From an uncultured archaeon (GTDB taxonomy: Archaea > Iainarchaeota > Iainarchaeia > Iainarchaeales > Iainarchaeaceae): 32,000 nucleotides of DNA. The stretch is from contig CAZNZM010000010.1 in assembly GCA_964577555.1 (NCBI GenBank), forward strand, positions 1 to 32,000. Direction: 5' to 3'. Position numbers and translations under genes: made by a program. The notes beneath the pieces were generated by a model, which saw nothing but the letters and a program-made list of their open reading frames with translations, had not been told where the DNA came from and did not search any database. This document shows, one piece after another, positions 1 to 10,367 of this stretch. Position 1 is the stretch's first letter, and each line of letters starts with the position of its first letter.

Positions 1-577
<577 letters not shown>

Positions 578-862
578 TTAATTGTTTATTTTTTTTATCA
601 AGGATGTTGCTATTTTTTTCGCGTTTTCCTTTTTGTTGGTTGATTTTACTATTATTTTTCCGCTTTTAAAAATAGATACGTCTTTCCCGCCGAATTTCAA
701 CATCAAGAGATATGGCGTTTCTATTTCGATAAAAACCTCTTTTTCCCTTAATTTTTTTGCAAGTAATTCAAGGTTCAAAGAGTATTCCCTTTTTGGCACG
801 AATTCATATGCTGTTCTGGAATTGCATGGTTGCCCTATAAAATTGTCAAATTCTATTTTCAT
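578..862 (-). CDS. Small protein resembling a single TATA-binding-protein (TBP) repeat
   Basis: 94-aa ORF; C-terminal 'LLMLKFGGKDVSIFKSGKIIVKSTNKKENAKKIATSLIKKI' resembles the TBP repeat signature (IFxSGKIVxTG...EEA). Confidence 0.7.
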   Translation of the reverse strand: MKIEFDNFIGQPCNSRTAYEFVPKREYSLNLELLAKKLREKEVFIEIETPYLLMLKFGGKDVSIFKSGKIIVKSTNKKENAKKIATSLIKKINN

Positions 863-940
863 TATTCAGCAAATACCTGAATTAATATTTAAGCATTACT
901 CCTGCATTTTTGTGTTATGTTATCTTTGGCTGAATGTGTT

Positions 941-1951
941 TTACTCTTTGAATTCTATTTCATCTATAAACCCATCGCCATTTATGTCTAATCCTTCCAC
1001 TACTTTCGCATTTGTTTTTTTGTCAAAATTGTTTGGTTTTGAACATTGATTGGTTTTTTTTGTCAAAGCTATTATGCCTGCAATTGTTCCTGAATTTCTT
1101 TTTCCAGCTATTAAAATTATGTGTTTGTTTTTGAAATATGGGTGCGGTATTTTTTCAATTACTCCTATTGAATCGTCGTTATATTCTTTACCTGAAATTT
1201 TCGATTTTATGACCCAATTTCCGCCAGACGGAATGAATTTTATTGGCAGAAAGACGTTTACCTGTTCTGCTAGCTTGTTTGTAAGTGGTCCGCCTATTAT
1301 TAAGAGATTTGAGTTTTCATCTTTAAGATCCTTAACCATAGTATCCAAGAAAACAAGAGGCGTTTCATAGCCTAAAAAGTTTGCTCCGATGAATGAAGTG
1401 ATTTCCGCTGAAAGATGTCCGTCCCTGGCTCTTGCTTTGAATTTTCCATGAGGATCTGGAGATCCTACAACTATTTTGCCTGAAAAAATGTTCTTTTTTG
1501 AAAATTCAGAAAGAAACTCCAATTTAACAACTTTTTTTCCACTGCCTTTTAATTGTGTTGATAAAGTTTTAGTTGAATCAAAATTTGCAACGATTGCAAA
1601 AGCATTTGAAATAGTTGAATAGTATTTTGCAAGCGCTCCGTTTCTTTCTTCAGTCCTTTCCAAATCTATCAAACCAGAAATTTTCATTTGTTTTATGTAG
1701 TAATATACTTTTTGCTCGCTTAAACCAAGTTCCTTTGAAAGTTCAGCCGGAAAACTTGGTTTTTCAGCCAATTTTTCAAATACTTGCCAACATTGCCTTG
1801 AAAGCAACGGTCTTAATTTTTCAGGATTGTTCAAAATATTTATTGGTATTTCGTTTTCCTCTTTGTCAGAAAAAATAAGTTTCCCTTCCAAAATTATCAC
1901 CTTTAAAATTTTCATACTAGTATTAAAAATTTTATAATAATATATTGACAT
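941..1951 (-). CDS. Winged-HTH (ArsR-like) protein with S-layer-like C-terminal region and terminal EF-hand-like loop
   Basis: 336-aa ORF; N-terminal part 'PSFPAELSKELGLSEQKVYYYIKQMKISGLI' is a wHTH; C-terminal 'IILIAGKRNSGTIAGIIAL...VVEGLDINGDGFIDEIEFKE' is like archaeal S-layer C-terminal regions. Confidence 0.75.
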   Translation of the reverse strand: MSIYYYKIFNTSMKILKVIILEGKLIFSDKEENEIPINILNNPEKLRPLLSRQCWQVFEKLAEKPSFPAELSKELGLSEQKVYYYIKQMKISGLIDLERTEERNGALAKYYSTISNAFAIVANFDSTKTLSTQLKGSGKKVVKLEFLSEFSKKNIFSGKIVVGSPDPHGKFKARARDGHLSAEITSFIGANFLGYETPLVFLDTMVKDLKDENSNLLIIGGPLTNKLAEQVNVFLPIKFIPSGGNWVIKSKISGKEYNDDSIGVIEKIPHPYFKNKHIILIAGKRNSGTIAGIIALTKKTNQCSKPNNFDKKTNAKVVEGLDINGDGFIDEIEFKE

Positions 1952-1985
1952 TGTTTTTTAACTTTTATCTTTTTAATTAAGTGTC

Positions 1986-3749
1986 ATGTGTGGTATATCA
2001 GGCGTTATAGGGAAAAATGCTGTTGAAAAAGCTTTTTTAGGGCTCAAATCGCTTGAATACAGGGGTTATGATTCTTGGGGAATTGTTTTTCCTGAAAATG
2101 GTGGTTTTCAGGTTGAAAAGCACGTTGGCAAAATAGGAGTTGCTTTGCTGAACAATCATAATTCTAACGCTGAAGTTTGTTTGGGGCACACAAGATGGGC
2201 TACTCATGGCGGTGTTACCAAGGAAAATGCGCATCCACATATATCAAACAATGGGCAAGTTGCAATAGTTCATAATGGAATTGTCGAAAATTTTTCCGAA
2301 TTGAAAAAAAAACTTTTAGAAAACGGATTTAAATTTTATTCTCAAACCGATTCGGAGGTAATAGCAAATTTGATAGAATATAATCTTTCTTTTAACTTGA
2401 ACTTTCATAATGCTTTTAGGAAAGCCTTGCTTGAAACCCAAGGGAATTATGCTGTTGCGGCAATTCATTTAGGCGAGAACAAGATTTATTGTGCAAGAAA
2501 CGGATCTCCATTGGTTGTTGGTATTTCCGATGAAAATATTTTTTTGGGTTCTGATGCGACTTCTTTTATTTCTCATACCAAAAAGGCTGTTTTTCTTGAA
2601 GATGGTTCTATGGCGGTTTTGTCTGGATCGCTTGAGGTTTTTGATTTGTTTTCAGGAAAAAAATCAAGTTATTGTATTAAGGAGTTGCAATGGAGTTTTG
2701 AGCAGGCAAAAAAAGGAAATTTTGAACATTTTATGTTGAAGGAAATATTTGAACAGTCTGATACGATAAAAAGAGCTGTTGAGCAGTCTGAAAAAAACCT
2801 TGCCAAAATTTCAGAATTCGCAAAAAAAGCAAAAAATATTTTTCTTTTGGGTTGCGGTTCTTCTTATCATGCATGTATTGCGGGGACCTATTTTTTTAAT
2901 TCCGTTTCAAATGTTGATGCCAGAGCAATGTTGGCTTCCGAGTTTCCTCAATTTTCAGCTTCTGTAAGCGATGGCTCTTTGGTTTTTGCAGTGAGCCAAA
3001 GCGGGGAAACGGCTGATTTAATAGAAGCTGTTAAAGCGGCAAAGGCTCATGGTGCAAAAGTTGTTTCAATTGTGAATGTCATGGATTCTACTCTTATGCG
3101 TATTTCTGATTGTACTTTGTTGATGAATGCAGGTCCTGAAATATGCGTTTTATCAACAAAAAGCTATACTTCACAATTGGCTATCTTGCTTTTACTTGCT
3201 TATTCATTTGCAGGAAAAATCCAGGAAGGAAAAAACTTGCTGTTGTCTTCGGTTGATAACATTGCACCTTTAGTTTCTCAGTATAATTATTTGATGAAGG
3301 ATTTTGTTGTGAAGAATAAGATTTATTCAGTTAATAATATTTTTGTGATAGGGCGAGGGCTTGCTTATTCGTCTGCTTTGGAAGCCGCACTTAAAATAAA
3401 AGAAGTAAGTTATATTCATGCAGAGGGTTTTGCAGGAGGAGAATTGAAGCATGGTACAATAGCTCTTATTGAAAATGGGACTATTGCAATTGTTATTTGC
3501 ACCCCAGAAACAAGGTCTTTGACTTTGAGCAATGCAATTGAAATGAAAAGCAGAGGGGCTTTTATTGTAGGTGTCGATTCTGTGCCAAGTGATTATTTTG
3601 ATTTTTGGATAAAAGTGCCTGATTGTGGAAATGCGAATACGATATCATTAATTATTCCAATGCAGGTAATGTCATATTGGCTTGCGATTTTGCGCGGGCT
3701 TGATCCTGACAAGCCAAGAAATCTTGCAAAGAGTGTAACGGTGAAATGA
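1986..3749 (+). CDS. glmS: Glutamine--fructose-6-phosphate aminotransferase (isomerizing)
   Basis: 587 aa; N-terminal MCGISGVIG (Cys2 nucleophile), HTRWATHGG, SIS domains 'GCGSSYHA', 'SQSGETAD', C-terminal 'DPDKPRNLAKSVTVK'. Confidence 0.98.
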   Translation: MCGISGVIGKNAVEKAFLGLKSLEYRGYDSWGIVFPENGGFQVEKHVGKIGVALLNNHNSNAEVCLGHTRWATHGGVTKENAHPHISNNGQVAIVHNGIVENFSELKKKLLENGFKFYSQTDSEVIANLIEYNLSFNLNFHNAFRKALLETQGNYAVAAIHLGENKIYCARNGSPLVVGISDENIFLGSDATSFISHTKKAVFLEDGSMAVLSGSLEVFDLFSGKKSSYCIKELQWSFEQAKKGNFEHFMLKEIFEQSDTIKRAVEQSEKNLAKISEFAKKAKNIFLLGCGSSYHACIAGTYFFNSVSNVDARAMLASEFPQFSASVSDGSLVFAVSQSGETADLIEAVKAAKAHGAKVVSIVNVMDSTLMRISDCTLLMNAGPEICVLSTKSYTSQLAILLLLAYSFAGKIQEGKNLLLSSVDNIAPLVSQYNYLMKDFVVKNKIYSVNNIFVIGRGLAYSSALEAALKIKEVSYIHAEGFAGGELKHGTIALIENGTIAIVICTPETRSLTLSNAIEMKSRGAFIVGVDSVPSDYFDFWIKVPDCGNANTISLIIPMQVMSYWLAILRGLDPDKPRNLAKSVTVK

Positions 3750-3750
3750 A

Positions 3751-5094
3751 ATGAGAAGGCTTTTCGGCACAGATGGAATAAGGGGTAAAGCAAACGAATA
3801 TCCAATGACTCCGGAGCTTATGCTTTCTCTTGGAAAAGCTATTGCGTTGTATTTTTCCAAAAAAAACAATCCGCCTAAAATAGTCATTGGCAAGGATACT
3901 AGGGTTTCAGGTTATATGATTGAAACTGCAATAACTTCAGGCATGGTTTCAATGGGTGCAACTGTTTTGCTTATTGGTCCAATGCCGACTCCGGCAATTT
4001 CACACCTTACAAGGTCTTTCAATGCCGATGCGGGAATAATGATTTCTGCTTCGCACAATCCTGCTGAAGACAATGGAATAAAAATATTTGATTCCAAAGG
4101 CTATAAGCTTTCAGATGACGAGGAGCACGAAATAGAAGATATTATTTTTTCGGAAAAAATTGTTGGGAAAGAAAGCAGTAATATTGGCAAGGCTTATAGG
4201 GTTGATGATGCAAAGGGCAGATACATAGAATTTGCGAAATCTTCCATAAAGGATTTTTCTCTTTCCGGCATAAAAATAGTTGTTGATTGTGCTAATGGCG
4301 CGGCTTATTCCGTGGCTCCTAAAATATTTTCAGAGCTTGGTGCTTCGGTAATTGCAATAAATAACCAGCCTAATGGTTATAACATAAATTTGAATTGTGG
4401 AGCCACGAATATTGAAAAATTGTCAAAGATTGTTGTAACAGAAAAAGCAGATATTGGTATAGCTCTTGACGGGGATGCGGACAGGGTTGTTGTAGTGGAT
4501 TCCCATGGAAAGGAAATTAATGGGGATAATTTGATAGCAAGGCTTGCAATTGAACTCAAATCCAAGGGAAAGCTGTCAAAAGACACTGTTGTTACAACCG
4601 TGATGAGCAATTCGTCGTTTGAGAATTTTCTGAATAAAAATGGTATTTCTGTCGTGAGGACAAAAGTAGGGGACAGGTATGTTATTGATGAAATGAGGAA
4701 AGGCGGGTTCAATTTTGGTGGAGAACAATCTGGGCATATAATATTTGGCGATTATTCAACTACTGGCGATGGAATAATAACTTCATTGCAACTTTTAAGG
4801 TTGATGAAATCTTCAGGCAAAAGTGTTTCTTCTTTATTGCAAATTTTCAAGCATTATCCACAGGTTTTGCATAATGTTGAAGTAAAAGAAAAAAAGCCGA
4901 TTGAACAATTGGAAAAGACTTCTAAAATATTATCTGTTGTGGAAAAAGCTCTTAAAGACAAGGGAAGGGTGTTAATCAGATACAGCGGGACTGAAAATAT
5001 ATGCAGAATAATGGTTGAGGGAAAAAACCTTAGGCAAGTAAAGCTTTTTGCAGCACGAATTGCAAAGGCTGTGAAAGAGGAGATAGGCAAATGA
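3751..5094 (+). CDS. glmM: Phosphoglucosamine mutase / phosphohexomutase
   Basis: 447 aa; 'LFGTDGIRG', phosphoserine loop 'GIMISASHNPAEDNGIK', metal-binding 'DGDADR', sugar-binding 'GGEQSGH', 'RYSGTENICRIMVEG'. Confidence 0.96.
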   Translation: MRRLFGTDGIRGKANEYPMTPELMLSLGKAIALYFSKKNNPPKIVIGKDTRVSGYMIETAITSGMVSMGATVLLIGPMPTPAISHLTRSFNADAGIMISASHNPAEDNGIKIFDSKGYKLSDDEEHEIEDIIFSEKIVGKESSNIGKAYRVDDAKGRYIEFAKSSIKDFSLSGIKIVVDCANGAAYSVAPKIFSELGASVIAINNQPNGYNINLNCGATNIEKLSKIVVTEKADIGIALDGDADRVVVVDSHGKEINGDNLIARLAIELKSKGKLSKDTVVTTVMSNSSFENFLNKNGISVVRTKVGDRYVIDEMRKGGFNFGGEQSGHIIFGDYSTTGDGIITSLQLLRLMKSSGKSVSSLLQIFKHYPQVLHNVEVKEKKPIEQLEKTSKILSVVEKALKDKGRVLIRYSGTENICRIMVEGKNLRQVKLFAARIAKAVKEEIGK

Positions 5095-5693
5095 ATGAGG
5101 AAATAGAAAGCTTGATCAAGGAAACAGAGGATTTGATTTCCAAAGGAAAGGTTTTTGAATATTGGAAAATTGTTGAAAAAGGCGAAATTATTATGCAAAA
5201 ATTGGAAACTGCCAATTTTGGGACAATAGAGCAAGGTGTTTTGGTGATTGGCAAACTTTATTTGGGTAAAGGCGCCATAATAAAGTCAGGTACAAGGATT
5301 GAAGGCAATGTTTATATAGGTGAAGAATGCACTGTCGGACCTAATGCGTTTTTGCGCAATGGCACAATACTAGCGCCAAGAGTCCATGTGGGAACTTCCG
5401 AAATAAAAAATTCAATAATACTTTCTGGCACCAAAATACCGCATTATTCTTATGTTGGGGACAGCGTAATAGGCAGAAATTGCAATTTGGGCGCAGGTAC
5501 AAAAATAGCCAATTTGAGGCATGATGGTAATACAATTAAAGTTGAAATTGATTGGGAAGTAATGGATTCAGGCAGAAAAAAACTTGGCGCGCTTGTTTTT
5601 GACAATGTAAAAACAGGTGTGAATTCTGCAATCAATTGTGGTGCTGTCTTGATGCCTAATTCAATTGTTTTGCCGTGTGAATTCAAAAAATGA
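5091..5693 (+). CDS. Left-handed beta-helix sugar acyltransferase, GlmU C-terminal-domain-like
   Basis: 200 aa; hexapeptide repeats (GTIEQGVLVIGKLYLGKGAIIKSGTRIEGNVYIGEECTVGPNAFLRNGTIL) plus 'VGDSVIGRNCNLGAGTKIANLRHDGNTI', typical of GlmU acetyltransferase domains; start overlaps glmM stop (ATGA). Confidence 0.88.
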   Translation: MNEEIESLIKETEDLISKGKVFEYWKIVEKGEIIMQKLETANFGTIEQGVLVIGKLYLGKGAIIKSGTRIEGNVYIGEECTVGPNAFLRNGTILAPRVHVGTSEIKNSIILSGTKIPHYSYVGDSVIGRNCNLGAGTKIANLRHDGNTIKVEIDWEVMDSGRKKLGALVFDNVKTGVNSAINCGAVLMPNSIVLPCEFKK

Positions 5694-5707
5694 TTTTTTT
5701 TGGTTTT

Positions 5708-8700
5708 TTAGATTATTTTTCCAGTTACTGCATCAACTTGGACAATTCTTTTTTTGTCGTTAAGGGTTAAAGAAATGTTCCAAATTGGCCAATAAAGTAC
5801 TTCTATTCTTTTTACTATGGTGTTTGGCCAAAGTTTTTTGAATGATTCAACAGCCTCGTCTTTTGAAACTTTTTCCTTTTCAACGTTTATGGCTTCCATT
5901 TTTGTGAATGGCAAGGCTGAAATTGATGAAAGTAATTCGTGCCTTTCATCTGGCGGCAAATCAATATAATTTGAAACACTATACAAAGATTTTTCATTTT
6001 CGTTTTTTTTGATTATCAATTTTTTTTCTAAAAGCCTGTTTATTGTTCTTAAAGCTTTGGCTTCATCAATATTTGCTGCAGCCATTATTTCCTGGACAAC
6101 CATGTTTTTTCCTCGCAGAAGTTTTATTACTTCAATTTCTTCTTGTGACAATATGCTCATGGCTCTTAAGCCTCTTGATTCTATGAATTGTCCATTTTTG
6201 AAGTGCAAGAATTCGCCAGACTTTGAATTTATATAACATTCTTTGGCTATGAGTTCTCTCCTGCTTGTAATGGCATCGTAAATTATTTTCCATATTGGCG
6301 AATATTTCATTATAATTCCTTCTATTGATTCCGATTTTCCAAATATTCCGAAAATGGCTTTTTTTCTTATACTGTCAGCCAGCTTTAAAGCTGTTTTTTC
6401 ATCAATTCTTTGTGGAAGAGTCAAAATTTCAACAGTTGGCTCCACAATAGAGCTAATCTCTTTTTTCAATTCTTCGAATTTTTTTTCTTTTTCAAAAGGT
6501 TCTTTGGATAATTTTTTGAGTTCCAATTCATCTTCCTTAAATGCTTCCAGTGTTTCATCTTTTGACTCTGCAATTGGATTTTTAGCAAACTTTTCAAGTC
6601 CTGCAATTTCTATCTTGTCAGAACTAACCATAAAGCCAGCTTCAACCAGTTTTTTCAACAATTTATCCATGTCGACTTTTGCTTTGTATTTGGAGTTCAA
6701 TGTTTCTATTGCAAGTTTTGCTTTATCCATGTCAAGCGATTTTTCCTCTTTGATGTTTTTCACCAGCATTTCGAATGCAATTTTATCAACCTGGCTTACA
6801 TCAATTTGCTCAGCCATTCCGGTGGTTTCAGCATCTCTGCCCTCGTGTTGAGATTTTCTTGGCCTAATAGCCATGACAAAAGCCCTGCTTGTTTCTTCTC
6901 GCCTGTCGCCTGTCAAAGCCACGCCAACAGGCAAAGTTTTAATGAAATTCGGGGCTCTGTATTTTCTTGGAATTATCGTAGGAGTTCTTTTGAAAACAGC
7001 TTTTATGTCATCGTCAAATATCAATTTATGAGTAATTATTATGTCTAATTGACTTAGAACTTTTGTATTTATTGCGGAAGGCTGTTGCGTTGCAAAGACA
7101 ACCGAAAGTCCGGGCCTTCTTCCTTGTTTTACATACTCAATGAGCCCTTGAGTAGCCGCGGTTATTTCATTTCCGCTTGGTATAAGGGTATGTGCTTCAT
7201 CTATGAATAGCCAAGTCGGGGGGATTTCAAGCTCCAAGAGTTCATTCATGCTTAAAGACTTGAATTTGTTGGCTGCTTCTTTTCTTGTTGATATTTTTCT
7301 TGCAGCAAGCAGTCTTCTTGAAAGTATTCCAATAACAAGAGCAGTTACGTTGTCTTCCAAGAATGAAGTATCCAATATTGTTAATTGTCCTTCTCTGGAT
7401 AGTTCTCCAAGTGCCGTGCCCTTTTCGTGGAAAATACCCCAACTCTTTGCAGCTTCAAATCTGCTTACAATTGCTCTTATTGAATCAGGTTTGTATCCTT
7501 TGTCCTTGCTATTAAGTTCGGAATCTGTTTCAAGGCACTCAATAAGGTCATCCAAAGAATAATTAGCACCTTTTGGCTGGACTTTTACATTTCCTTCTAT
7601 TTTTTTGTATCCTTTTTCCACTTTTTTCAAAACCTTGTCAAGCAAAAGCCCAGAAACCGAAAACCTATCAACTCCAAAAGTCAAAGCCCAATCTTCGCTT
7701 GTAAGCAATGAAGGCTTTATTGAAAATCCAGCGTCATAAGTTGATTTTGGCACTTGCCCTTTCATTCCTTCAGGTATAAAAACTTTGACATTGTTCAAAC
7801 CTTTGGCATCCAAACCCCATTCTTTAAGCTTTTCAATCTCTTTTTGGTCTTTATTTGGAAACCTCATAGACCAAAAAACACCGATTGGATCAACTACTAT
7901 AATACCTACATTTTTGTTTTTTTCCGCTAGCTCTTCAGCTATTACACCCAAAACGTATGATTTTCCAGAACCCCTTGCGCCGCAAACAAATACCACGTGT
8001 GGATTAAGAGAGTCAAGATAAACATCCCAATCTTCAAATTCTTTTTCTTTCACTTTCCCAACATGCAACCCGCCTTCAAATTTATAATTTGCAAAAACAC
8101 TGGCTTTTCTGCCAATAAAAACCGCTTTTTTTTCGTTGTCTGAAAGAAAAGAAAGTTTTGTCTCTTCCTGCAAAACTTCTTCAGGTTGTACGTTAGTCGC
8201 GGATTTGTCAGCTTTTTCCAAAATCACTTTTTTTATTTCTTCCTTGCTGGGCGCAACGTATTTTTTTTCCTCGCGAGAATAATGGTCTACATCAAAATCA
8301 AATTCTTCATCATCCCAATCTTCAGGGCTTTTTTCATCTTCGTTTTCATCAAAATCTGGATAATCCTCTTCATCAGCAATTTCATCGTCATTGTCTTCGA
8401 TTGTTTCATCTTCTCTAGGCGTTGTTTTGTTTTTTTCTTCTTGCATTTGATTTTTTTTGTGTTGATTGTTTTGTTTCGTTTCGTTTTCTTTTGTTGTTTT
8501 TTCGCTTTTCTTGTCTTTGCTAGGTTCTGCTAATTCTTTTTCAACAATTGTTTTGTAATTGTCTTTTTCCTCTTCTTCTTGTGCTTGGTTTTGTTGATTT
8601 ATTGTTTGGTTGTTTTCTTCTTGTGTTTGCTTTTGTTCTTCTGTTTTGTTTTTTTCCGCAGCATGTTCAACTTTTTTTGTATTGTTTGATTCGCTCTTTT

Positions 8701-8995
8701 GTTTTTTTTTCTTTTTTTCTTCAACCCATTCTTCCGCACCATATTCCTCCAAATATTCTTCCTCTTCTTCGCTGTCTGAAAAATCCATCCATTCGCTTTT
8801 CATTGTTTTTTCAGCTTCTTTTTCTTCATAGTCTTCTGGCATTATCTCCTTTTCATTATTGTCAATAGCTTGGCGCAAAGATTCAACTTTTGATTGCTTT
8901 TCGTTGTCTTTTAGCATTTCCTCAAAAATATCAACGGTGTTTTTATCGTCCTTTTCAGGTTTGTTTTTATGGTTTTTTTCATATTCTTCGTTCAT
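5708..8995 (-). CDS. HerA/FtsK-like (DUF87) P-loop ATPase with long acidic, low-complexity N-terminus
   Basis: Walker A 'GARGSGKS', Walker B 'TWLFIDEAHTLIPSG', 'QQPSAINTKVLSQLDIIITHKL'. ORF is open from 9046, but the likely start is the internal Met at 8995 (MNEEYEKNHKN). Confidence 0.88.
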   Translation of the reverse strand: MNEEYEKNHKNKPEKDDKNTVDIFEEMLKDNEKQSKVESLRQAIDNNEKEIMPEDYEEKEAEKTMKSEWMDFSDSEEEEEYLEEYGAEEWVEEKKKKKQKSESNNTKKVEHAAEKNKTEEQKQTQEENNQTINQQNQAQEEEEKDNYKTIVEKELAEPSKDKKSEKTTKENETKQNNQHKKNQMQEEKNKTTPREDETIEDNDDEIADEEDYPDFDENEDEKSPEDWDDEEFDFDVDHYSREEKKYVAPSKEEIKKVILEKADKSATNVQPEEVLQEETKLSFLSDNEKKAVFIGRKASVFANYKFEGGLHVGKVKEKEFEDWDVYLDSLNPHVVFVCGARGSGKSYVLGVIAEELAEKNKNVGIIVVDPIGVFWSMRFPNKDQKEIEKLKEWGLDAKGLNNVKVFIPEGMKGQVPKSTYDAGFSIKPSLLTSEDWALTFGVDRFSVSGLLLDKVLKKVEKGYKKIEGNVKVQPKGANYSLDDLIECLETDSELNSKDKGYKPDSIRAIVSRFEAAKSWGIFHEKGTALGELSREGQLTILDTSFLEDNVTALVIGILSRRLLAARKISTRKEAANKFKSLSMNELLELEIPPTWLFIDEAHTLIPSGNEITAATQGLIEYVKQGRRPGLSVVFATQQPSAINTKVLSQLDIIITHKLIFDDDIKAVFKRTPTIIPRKYRAPNFIKTLPVGVALTGDRREETSRAFVMAIRPRKSQHEGRDAETTGMAEQIDVSQVDKIAFEMLVKNIKEEKSLDMDKAKLAIETLNSKYKAKVDMDKLLKKLVEAGFMVSSDKIEIAGLEKFAKNPIAESKDETLEAFKEDELELKKLSKEPFEKEKKFEELKKEISSIVEPTVEILTLPQRIDEKTALKLADSIRKKAIFGIFGKSESIEGIIMKYSPIWKIIYDAITSRRELIAKECYINSKSGEFLHFKNGQFIESRGLRAMSILSQEEIEVIKLLRGKNMVVQEIMAAANIDEAKALRTINRLLEKKLIIKKNENEKSLYSVSNYIDLPPDERHELLSSISALPFTKMEAINVEKEKVSKDEAVESFKKLWPNTIVKRIEVLYWPIWNISLTLNDKKRIVQVDAVTGKII

Positions 8996-9128
8996 ATTAA
9001 AACCAAATAAATAATATGCATGGATAATAAAATTATTCCTATGCAAAACATCTAAAGAACCATTGTTTTTTTGTATTCTGCTTTTTCAACACAAACATTA
9101 ATTAATAAATCGCATATTTTTTTTCTTC

Positions 9129-10319
9129 ATGGATTTTTCAAAATCCTCTGCTATTGAATTGCATTATAATTTAAAAGGCAAGCTTTCTGTCCAATCAAAA
9201 ATAAAAATAAAATCCAAAGACGAGCTTTCACTTGTCTATACTCCAGGGGTTGCCGAGCCGTGCATTGAAATAGCCAAGGACAAAAAAAAGGTTTTTGATT
9301 ATACTATAAAAAGCAACACTGTTGCAGTGGTTACGGATGGAACCGCGGTTCTTGGATTAGGAGACATAGGGCCTGAAGCCTCTATTCCTGTAATGGAAGG
9401 AAAAGCCATGCTTTTCAAGGAATTTGCAGGAATAGATTCTTTTCCAATTGCTTTGGCAACAAAGGATGTGAATGAAATAGTTTCAATCATAAAAGCAATT
9501 TCACCTATTTTTGGAGGCATAAACCTTGAAGATATTTCAGCGCCAAGGTGTTTTGAAATTGAAAAAAAATTGCAAGACATAGGGATTCCAGTAATGCATG
9601 ATGACCAGCATGGGACTGCAGTAGTTGTCCAAGCGGCTCTTTCAAATGCGCTTAAAGTGGTGAAAAAAGACCCTTCTTCAGTAAAAGTTGTTGTAAGTGG
9701 TGCCGGAGCCGCTGGCACAGCAATATGCAAGCAATTGACATGTTCCGGATTTGATACTGCTCTTTGTTCCAGAGTAAAAGAAGTTTTGGTTGTTGACAGC
9801 AATGGTATAATAAACAAAAACAGGCAGGATTTACCAAGCCACAAAAAAATGTTGGCTGAAATAACTAATCATAATGTTAAAGTAGGAAACCTTGAAGATG
9901 CATTGGTTGATGCTGATGTATTTATAGGTGTAAGCAAAGCCGGGTTGCTTACAAAAGACATGGTCAAATCAATGGCAAAAGACCCAATAATTTTTGCAAT
10001 GGCTAATCCAATACCTGAAATAATGCCAAAAGATGCTATTTCTGCAGGAGCAGCCATTGTAGGAACAGGCAGAAGCGACTTTCCAAATCAAATAAACAAT
10101 GTTCTTGGATTTCCAGGAATTTTCAGAGGCGCGCTTGATGCAAAAGCCACAAAAATCACTCCGTCAATGCTGATGGCTGCATCTATTGCTCTTGCATCTT
10201 CAATTCCAAAACCCTCAAAAGAAAATATTTTGCCAAGTCCTTTGGATAAGTCCATAGTCCCAAAAATCGCGGAAGCAGTAAAAAAACAAGCTATTGAAGA
10301 AAAGGTGACAAGAATCTAA
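9129..10319 (+). CDS. NAD(P)-dependent malic enzyme (malate oxidoreductase, decarboxylating)
   Basis: 396 aa; 'LVYTPGVAEPC', 'TDGTAVLGLGDIGPEASIPVMEGKAMLFKEFAGIDSFPI', 'GGINLEDISAPRCFEIE', 'MHDDQHGTAVV', 'GAGAAGTAI'. Confidence 0.97.
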   Translation: MDFSKSSAIELHYNLKGKLSVQSKIKIKSKDELSLVYTPGVAEPCIEIAKDKKKVFDYTIKSNTVAVVTDGTAVLGLGDIGPEASIPVMEGKAMLFKEFAGIDSFPIALATKDVNEIVSIIKAISPIFGGINLEDISAPRCFEIEKKLQDIGIPVMHDDQHGTAVVVQAALSNALKVVKKDPSSVKVVVSGAGAAGTAICKQLTCSGFDTALCSRVKEVLVVDSNGIINKNRQDLPSHKKMLAEITNHNVKVGNLEDALVDADVFIGVSKAGLLTKDMVKSMAKDPIIFAMANPIPEIMPKDAISAGAAIVGTGRSDFPNQINNVLGFPGIFRGALDAKATKITPSMLMAASIALASSIPKPSKENILPSPLDKSIVPKIAEAVKKQAIEEKVTRI

Positions 10320-10367
10320 TTATAAATACTCTAAAATTGATTTCTATTAATAGTTTTAAAATTTTTA

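Noticed and set aside
2037-5686. Antisense ORFs over glmS, glmM and the acetyltransferase gene
   Set aside because: Embedded in strongly recognisable genes on the + strand; no domain signal of their own.
8186-8868. Phe/Ser/Cys-rich plus-strand ORFs (8186-8533, 8548-8868)
   Set aside because: Antisense shadow of the acidic low-complexity N-terminus of the HerA-like gene.
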